NCBI GenBank assembly: GCA_964551835.1 | Contig: CAZKEM010000054.1 | Coordinates: 7,615-71,614, forward strand | Direction of reading: 5' to 3' | DNA: 64,000 nucleotides | Source of the DNA: an uncultured Acidimicrobiaceae bacterium | GTDB taxonomy: Bacteria; Actinomycetota; Acidimicrobiia; Acidimicrobiales; SZUA-35 | In this document: positions 12,438 through 22,341 of the stretch, piece by piece | Layout: every line of letters starts with the position of its first letter | Numbering within the stretch: the first letter of the stretch is position 1 | Program-made: the position numbers and the translations under genes | Notes under the pieces: generated by a model | Seen by the model: only the letters and a program-made list of their open reading frames with translations | Told to the model about the DNA's origin: nothing | Databases searched by the model: none

Positions 12438-13691
12438 CTACCGGCTTCTGACCAGAGTTTCAAACAGTTGCTCGTAGCGTTCTGCCTGCACAGCGGGGGT
12501 CAGCCAGGTCTCGACAAACGACCGACCCCGGCGTCCCATCGCAACTAGCTCGTCGGGTTGATCCAGCAGTCTGGCCAGCGACGCACAAAACGCCTCGGTG
12601 TCCTCCGGGGGAACTGCGGTGCCACACCCAGCCTTCTCTACGACACTGGCCACCTCACTGCCCTCATCAATACTCGCCAGGACTGGACGACCCGCGGCCA
12701 GAATTCCGTATAGTTTCGACGGGGTCGAGGACTTAGCTAACCCGGTCTTCAACAAGACGAGATGTAAATCAGCTGCTCCAAGGACTTCGCTAACTTCAGA
12801 CCTTGGGGCAAAATCGGCGACGGTCACATTGTCGAACTCCGCAGCCCACCCGTCTACTTCGGGGCGAGCCGCTCCCTCACCGTTGATAACAAAATGAACG
12901 TCTTTGACATCAATCCAACGTCTCGCAGCCGCACGAATAAGTTCAAATGGCTGAGACAACCCCACGTTGCCTGAATACATTACGACTCGCTTGCCACCAA
13001 GGTTGTGTTTCGCTCGATAGGAATTGTTTCGATCAACTATCTCAACCCGGCTCAGGTCAGCGAAGTTGTGAATAATGTGAACCTTGTCATGGATGTCCTT
13101 CTTAGAGTCGCCGCTACCCGTGGCAAGCTTTCTTGATACATTGAGCGCCTGGTCTTGAGACAACACGGTCACCGCGTCGGATCGACGGTAGATGGACCGT
13201 TCATGCTTCTTTGCAAGGCCAATAACTCTCGGATTGTTTAACGCACCAAGGTCAACAGCCACATCAGGAAAAATATCTTGCGTATTAAACACCAATGGAA
13301 TGTTCCAACGTTTACTTAGCAACCATGCGGCATCGCCCAGGAACACCGGTGGGGACATTCCCATAACAACATGAGGCCGCCCGATTCGAAGCGCTGCCAA
13401 TGAAACCAGAGTAGTAAATCCTGCAAAACCGGCGGCTCGAGCGGGAATGTTTGTCTTGTCCGTCGGAAATGGCCAGACCCGAACGATCTTCCCCCATTCG
13501 GTCTTCTCGGTCCGCCAGGGTCTGCCCTTCCAGCCACTCTCAACTGCGTGATCCTTGTACCACGGCAACGCTGTCACGACCGCAACTTCATGGCCACGCT
13601 CGGCCAACGCCCCAACCAGCTGTGTCATCACTTCCCCAGTGGCGGCGTGGAGGTCAGGGGTGAAGTGGGGGCAAAGTAGAAGGATCTTCAT
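12438..13691 (-). CDS. GT4 glycosyltransferase (WcaI/WbuB-like)
   Basis: QDIFPD, YSGNVG, PSKLYGILAAGRPV. Confidence 0.9.
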   Translation of the reverse strand: MKILLLCPHFTPDLHAATGEVMTQLVGALAERGHEVAVVTALPWYKDHAVESGWKGRPWRTEKTEWGKIVRVWPFPTDKTNIPARAAGFAGFTTLVSLAALRIGRPHVVMGMSPPVFLGDAAWLLSKRWNIPLVFNTQDIFPDVAVDLGALNNPRVIGLAKKHERSIYRRSDAVTVLSQDQALNVSRKLATGSGDSKKDIHDKVHIIHNFADLSRVEIVDRNNSYRAKHNLGGKRVVMYSGNVGLSQPFELIRAAARRWIDVKDVHFVINGEGAARPEVDGWAAEFDNVTVADFAPRSEVSEVLGAADLHLVLLKTGLAKSSTPSKLYGILAAGRPVLASIDEGSEVASVVEKAGCGTAVPPEDTEAFCASLARLLDQPDELVAMGRRGRSFVETWLTPAVQAERYEQLFETLVRSR

Positions 13692-14866
13692 ACGTCTTCT
13701 TGTTGGTTGCGACGATACGGTCTAAGGGCGTCTCTATATACCTGCAACAACGTCGAACCCGCAGTTGCCCAATCATAACTGGCCGCCCGTTCAAGGCCGG
13801 CTTCGGCGAGCCGCTCGGCCTTCTTTGGATTCGAAACGACCTCTTCGATAACATCTGCCCAGCCGCTAACGTCTCCGACCGGCACCTTTTCGGCGTGCTC
13901 GCCGACAACCTCCGGGAGGGCAGCAGCATCGGCTACGATAACCGGACATCCACGCGCCATCGCTTCCAAAGCCGGGTTTCCGAAACCCTCGTAACTAGAA
14001 GGGATCACCGTCGCAGCCGCCGTTCTATATAACGAATCTAACTCGGCGGCGGGGATACGGTCCAAGAAATGGATCCGGTCACCCAAGCCCAGAGTATCGA
14101 CAAGTCGAGACACCGTTTCGAACTCGGGGCCCCGCCGACCGGTGAATACAACGTTGAGGTCTCCGAGTCGATCTCGAAGATGGTCGAGCGCACGCACGAT
14201 ATCCACATGACGTTTGTGTTTATACATGATTGCCGGATACAGCAGGAACTGCCCGAACCGTTTTGTCGAAGAACTCGCCGAACTAGCTTCGGTCGACTCC
14301 ATGGCCTGGTACCCCTGAGAAACCACGACGGTCTTTTCTGGACTTACTCCTAACAGTTCCACTATCCGGTCAGCGGTAAATTGACTCGGGCAAATTACCG
14401 TTCTTGCAGCAGTGATCGCTTTCGGGATCATCGAACCTAACCAGAGCCGCTTGACGGCCGAGAAATTCTCAGGGTACTCCAGCGGCTGCAAGTCGTGGAC
14501 CGTCACGACAGTTGTGGTAGACCGCACCAATGGCACGGTTCCTCCGGCGTGGTGCAGTAGCGAATCACACCGACTTTGCGCGGTCAACCAGGAATGTTCC
14601 AGGCCGATCCGCAGCCCTTTTTGACCCATCGAGAATCTGTCCATTCCAGGGGCGACGTTGCAATAAAACCGATCTTGCAGGTCTGGGTAGGCGACCAACA
14701 ATTCCGGAGTGAGGTACAGGCGAAACGACAACCTCTTCTCGGGGGAGCACCCCTGATTAATGTCATCAGCTGAACGCAAAAGCCGGACGGTGTACTCTTC
14801 CGAGCCGCCCACGACTCCCGGGTTCAACCATAGGAGATTTACGCCAACGGTCTTCGGATTCGCCAT
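13688..14866 (-). CDS. GT4 glycosyltransferase
   Basis: TVHDL, HKRH, PSSYEGFGNPALEAMARG. Confidence 0.9.
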   Translation of the reverse strand: MANPKTVGVNLLWLNPGVVGGSEEYTVRLLRSADDINQGCSPEKRLSFRLYLTPELLVAYPDLQDRFYCNVAPGMDRFSMGQKGLRIGLEHSWLTAQSRCDSLLHHAGGTVPLVRSTTTVVTVHDLQPLEYPENFSAVKRLWLGSMIPKAITAARTVICPSQFTADRIVELLGVSPEKTVVVSQGYQAMESTEASSASSSTKRFGQFLLYPAIMYKHKRHVDIVRALDHLRDRLGDLNVVFTGRRGPEFETVSRLVDTLGLGDRIHFLDRIPAAELDSLYRTAAATVIPSSYEGFGNPALEAMARGCPVIVADAAALPEVVGEHAEKVPVGDVSGWADVIEEVVSNPKKAERLAEAGLERAASYDWATAGSTLLQVYRDALRPYRRNQQEDV

Positions 14867-14871
14867 TTAGG

Positions 14872-15963
14872 TTAGACCTCGTGAAACACTTCCGAGTAAC
14901 TCTCGGCTGAAGCTGACCATGATAGCTTTTGTGCCCTCTCGAGACCCGCCTCAACCAAAGTTGATTGAAGTATTGGATCGTGTGCCAGTTCTTTGATCGC
15001 TTGGGACAGGGCGGCCGTGTCGGTTGGGTCGATCAAGATAGCGGCTCCGCCGGCGACCTCCTCAGTGGCTGTTGCATCGGAGGTGATTACGGGCGTTTCG
15101 TGAGCCATAGCTTCTAGCACTGGCAAGCCGAAACCTTCAAGTAACGATGGGAACGCGAATATAGTGGCAGCTCGATACAGGCTGCTCAACGTTTGCTCAT
15201 CAACCCAACCCAATCGATGGACTCGGCCTTCAATCGGTGCAAAAACCTCTTCGACAGTCAGTTCCCACCCTTTGGGACCAACAGCCACCAAATGGAGATC
15301 TTCGTCTTGCTGCTTCATAGCGGCAACTAACGCCGGCAAATTTTTCCGAGGCTCTAACGTGCCGACCCAAAGAACGAACCGTTCGGGCAGTTCCAAGCTT
15401 TTTCGAACCTGATCTGCTTCTTCGTCAGATGGACACAGGGGCTCTGAAACACCCCACGGAATTACTCGGAGCCGTTTCGCTGCTACACCATGGCGCGCAC
15501 AATCATCGGCCACGACGTTCGATGGGCAGACTATAATTCCCGCTTTCTCTTTAACCCCTGCCCAAGCTCTCGGAAAGAAAGATTTCCCACGTCGGCTCAG
15601 ATGTTCTGGCCGATCAAGGAATCCGAGATCATGGACAGTCGCTACTATAGGTGCATGCGTGGGAGGAGCGATCATGCTCGCCGCCCAGACAACATCGACG
15701 CTTCCGGTGTCTCGCTCGATTGAAGGCACCCCGAACCGTAGCCAGGCCTCGTAGAGAACCCGTCTGTGGGCCTCGACATAGTGGGTCCTCAAACCCGGGA
15801 TTGCGATCTCTCGTTGTTGGCGTCCATGCCAAGCTGCCACGCCGTGAAGTTCAAGTTCTGGGTCGTCCAATAGACGTCCTAAGATCTCTCGGGTGACGCG
15901 CGCTGTTCCACCGGGCACGGTGTGCCACAACTGTTCGACGATGGTAGCTACTCGAAGGGTCAC
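14872..15963 (-). CDS. GT4 glycosyltransferase (WbpY/mannosyltransferase-like)
   Basis: TVHDL, GTLEPRKN, PSLLEGFGLPVLEAMA. Confidence 0.9.
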   Translation of the reverse strand: MTLRVATIVEQLWHTVPGGTARVTREILGRLLDDPELELHGVAAWHGRQQREIAIPGLRTHYVEAHRRVLYEAWLRFGVPSIERDTGSVDVVWAASMIAPPTHAPIVATVHDLGFLDRPEHLSRRGKSFFPRAWAGVKEKAGIIVCPSNVVADDCARHGVAAKRLRVIPWGVSEPLCPSDEEADQVRKSLELPERFVLWVGTLEPRKNLPALVAAMKQQDEDLHLVAVGPKGWELTVEEVFAPIEGRVHRLGWVDEQTLSSLYRAATIFAFPSLLEGFGLPVLEAMAHETPVITSDATATEEVAGGAAILIDPTDTAALSQAIKELAHDPILQSTLVEAGLERAQKLSWSASAESYSEVFHEV

Positions 15964-16028
15964 ACCTGAATTCTTACATCAAATTTTGTAGGAACGTGTG
16001 ACTTTGGCAAAGATATAACAGCAAACGC

Positions 16029-16982
16029 TCAGTTCGAGAGACTATCGAAATAAGAAATTGTCTTGGCGAGGCCTTCTTCTAAGCCGATCTGTGGTTTCCA
16101 CCCCAACTGCTCTCTGGCCAACGTTAAGTCCGGGCGTCGCCGTACTGGGTCATCGATCGGGAGCGGTTCGTAGACGACCTGACTTGAACTGTTCGTCAAT
16201 TTGACTACCAGCAACGCCAGCTCTTTTATAGTCGATTCGACCTCGCCGCCGATGTTTATTGGACCGATGTAGTCTCCATCGAGTAGGGCCAGCTGACCGA
16301 GAACCTGATCATCGACGAAACAGAAGCTACGCGTTTGTGATCCGTCCCCATAGACGGTGATCGGCCTGCCAGCTAGAGCCTGGGTAACGAAGTTTGACAC
16401 TACCCGGCCATCATCGGGGCGCATTCGAGGCCCGTACGTATTGAAAACTCTTGATATACGAACATCGATGCCATGGGTCCGGTGATAGGCCATCGTCGTA
16501 GCTTCACCGAATCGCTTGGCTTCGTCATAGACACCTCGAGGGCCGACCGGGTTTACGTTGCCCCAATACGATTCTGGTTGGGGGTGAACCAATGGATCTC
16601 CGTAGACCTCGCTGGTCGATGTCATCAGGAAAACCGCGTCTTTAGCTTTGGACAAGCCCAAACAGTTTTGGGTTCCCCGGCTGCCCGCCTTAAGGATCTG
16701 GATCGGCACCCGAAGGAAGTCTCGGGGCGACGCTGGCGAGGCAAGATGCATTACCACGTCCACGTCACCGTCAATCGAAAAGTGGTTAGAGACATCTAGA
16801 TCAAGAAAGGTAAACTCCGATTTGCCGAGTAGATGCTCGATGTTCTCATAGCGCCCGGTGATGAAATTGTCGACGCAAACCACTTCGTTGCCGCTGTCGA
16901 CCAGAGACTCACACAAGTGCGAACCTAAAAACCCGGCTCCTCCGGCAATAACAAATCTTCGGGAGGGGCGGGCATCGTTCAC
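16029..16982 (-). CDS. UDP-glucuronate decarboxylase (UDP-xylose synthase)
   Basis: GGAGFLGSH, HLASPASP, STSEVYGDP, YWGNVNPVGPRGVYDEAKR, DGRVVSNF. Confidence 0.9.
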   Translation of the reverse strand: MNDARPSRRFVIAGGAGFLGSHLCESLVDSGNEVVCVDNFITGRYENIEHLLGKSEFTFLDLDVSNHFSIDGDVDVVMHLASPASPRDFLRVPIQILKAGSRGTQNCLGLSKAKDAVFLMTSTSEVYGDPLVHPQPESYWGNVNPVGPRGVYDEAKRFGEATTMAYHRTHGIDVRISRVFNTYGPRMRPDDGRVVSNFVTQALAGRPITVYGDGSQTRSFCFVDDQVLGQLALLDGDYIGPINIGGEVESTIKELALLVVKLTNSSSQVVYEPLPIDDPVRRRPDLTLAREQLGWKPQIGLEEGLAKTISYFDSLSN

Positions 16983-18259
16983 AAACCTACTCCTTTGTAG
17001 TCAAAGCCCCGCCGTTTGACCATGACCGGGTCGAGGTGATTTCGGCCGTCAACAATTTTGTTGCTACTCATAATTTCGGACACCTTGTCAAAGTCCAGCC
17101 ATTTAAACTGGTCCCATTCGGTCAACACAACAAGAACCGATGCGTCTTGTGCTGCAACATAGGGGTCCGGGCAAACCCGAATCCTCGAGCCCAGGTCTCC
17201 TAACTTGTCGCTGTCCAACACGGTCGGATCGTAGGCGTGTACCGATATGCCAGCCTCCACGACCTGTTCGATCACCTTTATCGCTGGGGAATTCCTCAAA
17301 TCGTCGGTGCCAGCTTTGAAGGTGAGACCGAGAACCGCAACATGTTCATTCGAGCTGCCAGCGGCGTCGATGACCTTTTGAGACGTTCGTTGATACTGCT
17401 CTTCATTAGCCAGAATAACCTCTTTGAGGAACTTGAAATCATAGCCTGCAGCTTCGGCAATTAGCGTCAGAGCTTCGGTGTCTTTAGGGAAACAGCTACC
17501 TCCCCAACCGGGGCCCGGTGATAGATACTCCCGGCCGATGCGAGCATCGTAGCCCATGCCTGCAACTACATCACCGACGTCGGCGCCGACCGCTTCACAC
17601 AGGTTAGCAATCGAATTGATAAACGATAGTTTCGAAGCTAAGAACGCATTGGACGCGTACTTTATCGTTTCGGCTGAAACCGGATCCGTGATCATGACTG
17701 GAGCGTTAAGGCGACTGTAGAGCGCCGCTACCCTCGATGCTGCGTGCTCATCGAGGGCGCCCACGACAACCCTGTCTGGGTTTAAGAAGTCATGTACCGC
17801 CGAACCTTCTCGAAGAAATTCGGGGTTCGAGACGACCGCTATGTCGGGCCGCCTTAGCACATCGGAAACTACCGAGGCCGAACCGACAGGAACAGTTGAC
17901 TTGTTTACCACTACGCAGTCCGGCTTCAACACCGGGCCGATGACGTCCAAGGCAGCTTCAAGATAGGAGGTGTCGGCTGAGCCATCTGAGCGAGAAGGGG
18001 TCGGCACGCACAAATAGTGAAATTCGGCGTCTCTGGATGCTTCAGCTGCATCGGTTACGAACGATAACTGCCCCGACCGGAGTCCTTCGTTCACCACCCG
18101 ATCCAAACCTTGTTCAACTATCGGGATTTCACCCCGCTGGAGGCGTTCGATCTTGCCCTTGTCGATGTCGGCGCAAACTACCTTGTGACCTAGATACGCC
18201 AGACACGCGCCAGTTGTCAGACCTACATAGCCTGTTCCAATTACTGCTATTCTTGCCAT
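16979..18259 (-). CDS. ugd: UDP-glucose 6-dehydrogenase
   Basis: GTGYVG, KSTVPVG, SNPEFLREG, GWGGSCFPKD, FKAGTDDLRNSP. Confidence 0.93.
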   Translation of the reverse strand: MARIAVIGTGYVGLTTGACLAYLGHKVVCADIDKGKIERLQRGEIPIVEQGLDRVVNEGLRSGQLSFVTDAAEASRDAEFHYLCVPTPSRSDGSADTSYLEAALDVIGPVLKPDCVVVNKSTVPVGSASVVSDVLRRPDIAVVSNPEFLREGSAVHDFLNPDRVVVGALDEHAASRVAALYSRLNAPVMITDPVSAETIKYASNAFLASKLSFINSIANLCEAVGADVGDVVAGMGYDARIGREYLSPGPGWGGSCFPKDTEALTLIAEAAGYDFKFLKEVILANEEQYQRTSQKVIDAAGSSNEHVAVLGLTFKAGTDDLRNSPAIKVIEQVVEAGISVHAYDPTVLDSDKLGDLGSRIRVCPDPYVAAQDASVLVVLTEWDQFKWLDFDKVSEIMSSNKIVDGRNHLDPVMVKRRGFDYKGVGL

Positions 18260-18297
18260 TGCTCACCTCTTAGATGGGTCTCTCTTCGTAGACGGCC

Positions 18298-19836
18298 TCA
18301 TCCGCACGATCCGCCAACCTTTTGGGTGTCTACCTGTGATGATTCTTCGGATTTCGACGAACCCACAGTTGTTCCGGTTTCTTGTTCCGCATCGTCATCT
18401 CCAAACGCCAACTCAGCTCTAGGAGAGTGCGTTGTTGAGACCACCAGCCGAGTGTGTCGCGCTGCCAACGCTGGGTCTTCAACAACCAGTACCTCTCCGG
18501 ACAGGTCGCCCGTGGCCGCGACGACGATCTCGGCGGCTTTGCGATCGGAGGTCGCGTGATAAACGGTGACCTGAACGGGTCCGGAAGCTTCGGAGTTGGG
18601 TGAAGGACTACTCGAGAGATCTTCCGAAGACTTCGGAGTGACGCCAAAATCTGCATCTTTGAGCGTGCTGTGCAACTCCAAAGCCACTGGGGCCGCTCGT
18701 TCATCATCGGCTACGAGTTTCAAACCAATCGTCTCCGGCGCCTCAAACTGGTAGCCGACAAAAAGTCTGAGTACTGGCTCAAGCTGACTCTCGATCGGTA
18801 TTAGAACTTGGCCGCCGGACACGGTCGCTTCGGTGACTGGCAGGCTGTACATGTTGAGCTCGCCCGGCTCAAATCTGGCAAACGTACGGCCGAGGTCGAT
18901 CAGCATCTGAGGGGTCAAATCTTGGTCGATGGTTACGTTCTCCAGCCCGGCGTCGATCAGGTCCCTCAGCACAATCGGATTTCGTGCACCCATTTCGATC
19001 GAGCGGCTCATCAATTGCGCCAAGAAATCCTGTTGACGTTTAATTCGGCCGAGGTCCGAACTCGGGTCGGTGATCCACGAACCGTCTTCGTCCTTAGTTT
19101 GGTAGTAACGAGAACGTACATAAGCTAGAGCCTGGTCGGGCTCTAGGCTGACACACCCTGGTCGTTGCACTTCAAACCCGGTTTGGCTGCGCGACGTAAT
19201 CGGGTTCCAATCTCGGGCTGGGGTGTCGAAGTATACGTCAACCGAACCGACGGCGTCAACGACGCCTTTGAATCCGGCGAAGTCAATATTGACATAGTGA
19301 TGAATTGGGACCGCAAAGTTCTCCTCGATTGTTCGTATCAGCCGAGCAGGGCCGCCGCTAGCGAACGTGTTGTTGATTCGACCTGAAGCGGAGGAGCCAC
19401 CAATTGGCAACCATAGGTCCCGAGGCAGCGAGAGCAAGGCGACCTCGCCGCTTCGCTCGTCGAGGTGCGCAATTATGATGACGTCGCCAAGTTGTTGACC
19501 GTTGCGGTTGTTGCGCACCGGGTCGTCTTCGTCCAAATTTGCCGCCGAATCGGACCCCACCAGCAGAATGTTGAGCACTCGTGTTCCGGGCTCACCGATA
19601 GGTTTCGAGAGCTGGTCGTCCAAAGCGATTCGATTGATAGACGACGCCCTAATATGGCCATAACTCAAACTGACCGCGACAAGCAGGGACGCCAAAAAGG
19701 CGACAATATTGAGGGTAAGGATCAAGCGTTGCCCGGTCGTTCTGCGACCAATCTGAAGTTCTGCACATCGCTGCTCGAGCATGTTGAAGGGTCTAACAAG
19801 CTCGTCGTTGAACTCCGGTGATGACCCCTCAGCCAT
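18298..19836 (-). CDS. LCP (LytR-CpsA-Psr) glycopolymer-peptidoglycan ligase
   Basis: TM followed by NILLVGSD, LSLPRDLW, ALAYVRSR, DLGRIKRQQ; ATG at 19836 overlaps the thiN stop by 8 nt. Confidence 0.92.
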   Translation of the reverse strand: MAEGSSPEFNDELVRPFNMLEQRCAELQIGRRTTGQRLILTLNIVAFLASLLVAVSLSYGHIRASSINRIALDDQLSKPIGEPGTRVLNILLVGSDSAANLDEDDPVRNNRNGQQLGDVIIIAHLDERSGEVALLSLPRDLWLPIGGSSASGRINNTFASGGPARLIRTIEENFAVPIHHYVNIDFAGFKGVVDAVGSVDVYFDTPARDWNPITSRSQTGFEVQRPGCVSLEPDQALAYVRSRYYQTKDEDGSWITDPSSDLGRIKRQQDFLAQLMSRSIEMGARNPIVLRDLIDAGLENVTIDQDLTPQMLIDLGRTFARFEPGELNMYSLPVTEATVSGGQVLIPIESQLEPVLRLFVGYQFEAPETIGLKLVADDERAAPVALELHSTLKDADFGVTPKSSEDLSSSPSPNSEASGPVQVTVYHATSDRKAAEIVVAATGDLSGEVLVVEDPALAARHTRLVVSTTHSPRAELAFGDDDAEQETGTTVGSSKSEESSQVDTQKVGGSCG

Positions 19837-20503
19837 CGGCGGTCCGTCCTTCGGCTGGTTTCCCAAGATGGTTCGGCTGGATCACCATCAACACACCCTC
19901 GTCGACCTCGACCGACGCGGATTTTTCAGTCAATTCATTGCTAACTCCAAGGCTTGAACCAGCCCGCAGTCGTGCACGGTCGAGAACGTACCGCAACCCT
20001 GTGGTGGTGACGCCGGCGGCGTCTCCGTTCAGAGCGAAGAGAGACAACACTTCGCCGGGAGTACCCACAAGCGTCTTCGAATCGTGGATAATCGAGACTT
20101 TCGCAGACCCAACAAGCGCAACGATTTCCACCCCAGAAAACTCTGGGTTGCCAAGGAGGTTCAGATTGGCGAATAGATGGTCGAGGCGACCACCTCCGAT
20201 GCCGATCACGACAACGGTTTCGCAGGACTGCTCACAGGCTAGCTCGAGAGCCAGCGCCAAGTCGGTTTTGTCTTTATCGAATGGGAATCGATAGACCTCG
20301 GTATCGGAGGCCTCGACTTCGGCGAGAACCTCTGGAGAGACAGAGTCGAAGTCTCCGACGCAGGCGTCGATATGCCAGCCGTTCGCCAAAGCGTGCTCAA
20401 TACCCTTATCCGCGCAAATTACGGCCGCCACCCTCGGCAGAGAAGCGACTACCTCGGGTTCTGGTGGGTTTCCCCCGGCTACAACAAGAACTACATTTGC
20501 CAT
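19829..20503 (-). CDS. thiN: Thiamine diphosphokinase
   Basis: CADKG, VGDFDS, DKDKTDL, GGGRLDH, GLRY, SLGVSNE. Confidence 0.92.
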   Translation of the reverse strand: MANVVLVVAGGNPPEPEVVASLPRVAAVICADKGIEHALANGWHIDACVGDFDSVSPEVLAEVEASDTEVYRFPFDKDKTDLALALELACEQSCETVVVIGIGGGRLDHLFANLNLLGNPEFSGVEIVALVGSAKVSIIHDSKTLVGTPGEVLSLFALNGDAAGVTTTGLRYVLDRARLRAGSSLGVSNELTEKSASVEVDEGVLMVIQPNHLGKPAEGRTADG

Positions 20504-20641
20504 TCGTGATAGATCCTATGTCAAACAAGACGATAGAATCAGCTCATTCGGAAACTATCTCGGCCACCGATAGTGCGATCAGGTAAAGGTGGGCTGTGCG
20601 AGCTCGCATTTAGCTATCAATCTCCTCGTAGACTAGGACAA

Positions 20642-21019
20642 ATGCACGGTGCTGTCGCATGGCCATTGGCGGCTATTCTCTTAGTTACGGCTGGATCCGT
20701 CGAGTATCTCGCTAGCGCTGGATATTTAGGGCTGGTTCTACGCTCCCGGCGCTTCGGCCTACGGACGCCAGCCACCATGATGTCAGACGCTTCCTGGAAC
20801 GCGGGGCACCGAGCTGCTGCGCCACTTCTCGCGATCGCGGGTTTAGGTGCTGGATTGCCCGGGCTAGCTCTTGTCTTCCGGCCCTCGACTCAATCGGCTA
20901 CCTTGCTCGTCATGGTTGGCTCAGCTGTCTTGGTCGCGTTCTTTGGTCTGGCCCTATTCACGGCCGACCGGGCGGCCCAAAAGACGCACTCCACGAGCAG
21001 TGTAGATGACTCGACCTAA
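20642..21019 (+). CDS. SdpI/YhfL-family membrane protein
   Basis: FGLRTPATMMSDASWNAGHR motif and three TM segments; TAGACT -10 box 7 nt before ATG 20642. Confidence 0.75.
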   Translation: MHGAVAWPLAAILLVTAGSVEYLASAGYLGLVLRSRRFGLRTPATMMSDASWNAGHRAAAPLLAIAGLGAGLPGLALVFRPSTQSATLLVMVGSAVLVAFFGLALFTADRAAQKTHSTSSVDDST

Positions 21020-21120
21020 CTCAAACCTGATGCGCAGGTCAAATACCGATATTGGTGGAATATTCGAGGCCGCCACGGAAGCCAATATAGGGTTGCTCTA
21101 ACCAGTGCAACGTAAGGGGA

Positions 21121-21783
21121 CTAGTCATCAACGCCAAGCGACAACTCTAGAGCCGCCAAGCGACGTTCAAGTTCGGCGACCCGATCGGCGAGGTTGGCTC
21201 CGCCGCCTACGCTACTCGCGGACGCTGGGCGTTGTTGAACTACGGCTTCACTTGAAACGGCTGACGACGTCGACGCTTGAGATTCCGACGCGATGGCCGT
21301 AGACATCGTATGCCGCCAACGGTCCTGGGCCTGGCCTGCCTCCCGACCGATATTGGCGACGAACCGCTCGGGCCTCGCCTCTAGCGCTGAGAGGATTTCT
21401 AGAACCGCGTTGTTGTCGGCAAACTGCACATAGCGTTCCGTTCTGGTCCGAAGCTCGCCATGGGACTGCGGGCCGCGAAGCATCAATACCGCCAACACTG
21501 CTAGTTCATGCGAAGAGAGGTTGAGGGCTTCGTCTAAAATGTGTTTGTGTTTATGCGTCCGCATACCGGCGCCACGAACAACCCTAACCAAACCTTCCTC
21601 ACGGAGATCTGTCGAGACCTGATCTACCTCTCGTTCTGTGAACGAAACGATTGGATCTCGGCTACTTTTCTGGTTGCAGGCGGCCACCAACGCGTTGGTT
21701 GAAAGAGGGTAGTGGTCAGGCGTCGTCTGCGATTTCTCAATCAGGCATCCGAGCACTCGAATTTCTTCCGGGGTGAGGTCCAT
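21121..21783 (-). CDS. YceH/DUF480 family protein
   Basis: RVLGCLIEK.TTPDHYPLSTNALVAACNQKSSRDP, LMLRGPQSHGELRTRTER. Confidence 0.92.
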   Translation of the reverse strand: MDLTPEEIRVLGCLIEKSQTTPDHYPLSTNALVAACNQKSSRDPIVSFTEREVDQVSTDLREEGLVRVVRGAGMRTHKHKHILDEALNLSSHELAVLAVLMLRGPQSHGELRTRTERYVQFADNNAVLEILSALEARPERFVANIGREAGQAQDRWRHTMSTAIASESQASTSSAVSSEAVVQQRPASASSVGGGANLADRVAELERRLAALELSLGVDD

Positions 21784-21857
21784 TGCGCTAACCTAACGGA
21801 TTTGTGGTGGAAGTTGACTTCACATGACTTCGGCTCGTCCAATATGACGGGTTAAGC

Positions 21858-22283
21858 CTATTCATGAACTCTAGATCCATGCCCGGCGTCGCGTAAGCCC
21901 ACCCGCAGCGCATGGGCTACCTCATCTAATTCCTCGTCGGTCACCGCCGAGTTGGCATTCGCAAAATCAAGGTCACGCATCGAATCGATAGGGGTCAAGT
22001 GAATATGAGTATGAGGGACCTCAAAGCCGGCGATCAGTAAGCCGATACGTTCACCGTCGAGAATCGCCGACTGGACCTTAGCCACTTTCGACGCGACCGT
22101 CATTAGGTGGGCGGCCACACCGACGTCAAGGTCGACCCAATGGTCGACTTCCTTCCTAGGAATAACCAAACAGTGACCTCGTTTCAACGGCCGAATATCA
22201 ACCATCACCACACAGAGGTCGTCATCCCAAATGAGTCGGCCTGGGATCTCACCGTCTATGATCCGAGAAAATATTGAAGGCAT
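21858..22283 (-). CDS. HIT family hydrolase
   Basis: SIFSRII, DIRP, GHCLVIP, VPHTHIH histidine triad. Confidence 0.95.
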   Translation of the reverse strand: MPSIFSRIIDGEIPGRLIWDDDLCVVMVDIRPLKRGHCLVIPRKEVDHWVDLDVGVAAHLMTVASKVAKVQSAILDGERIGLLIAGFEVPHTHIHLTPIDSMRDLDFANANSAVTDEELDEVAHALRVGLRDAGHGSRVHE

Positions 22284-22341
22284 AGCCGAAGACTAGCGGA
22301 GAATCATCCGCACTAATACTGACAGTACACCAAGATTCGGT

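Noticed and set aside
20504-20641. TPP riboswitch upstream of thiN
   Set aside because: No thi-box core (CUGAGA ... ACCUG ... GCGnAGGGA) is visible
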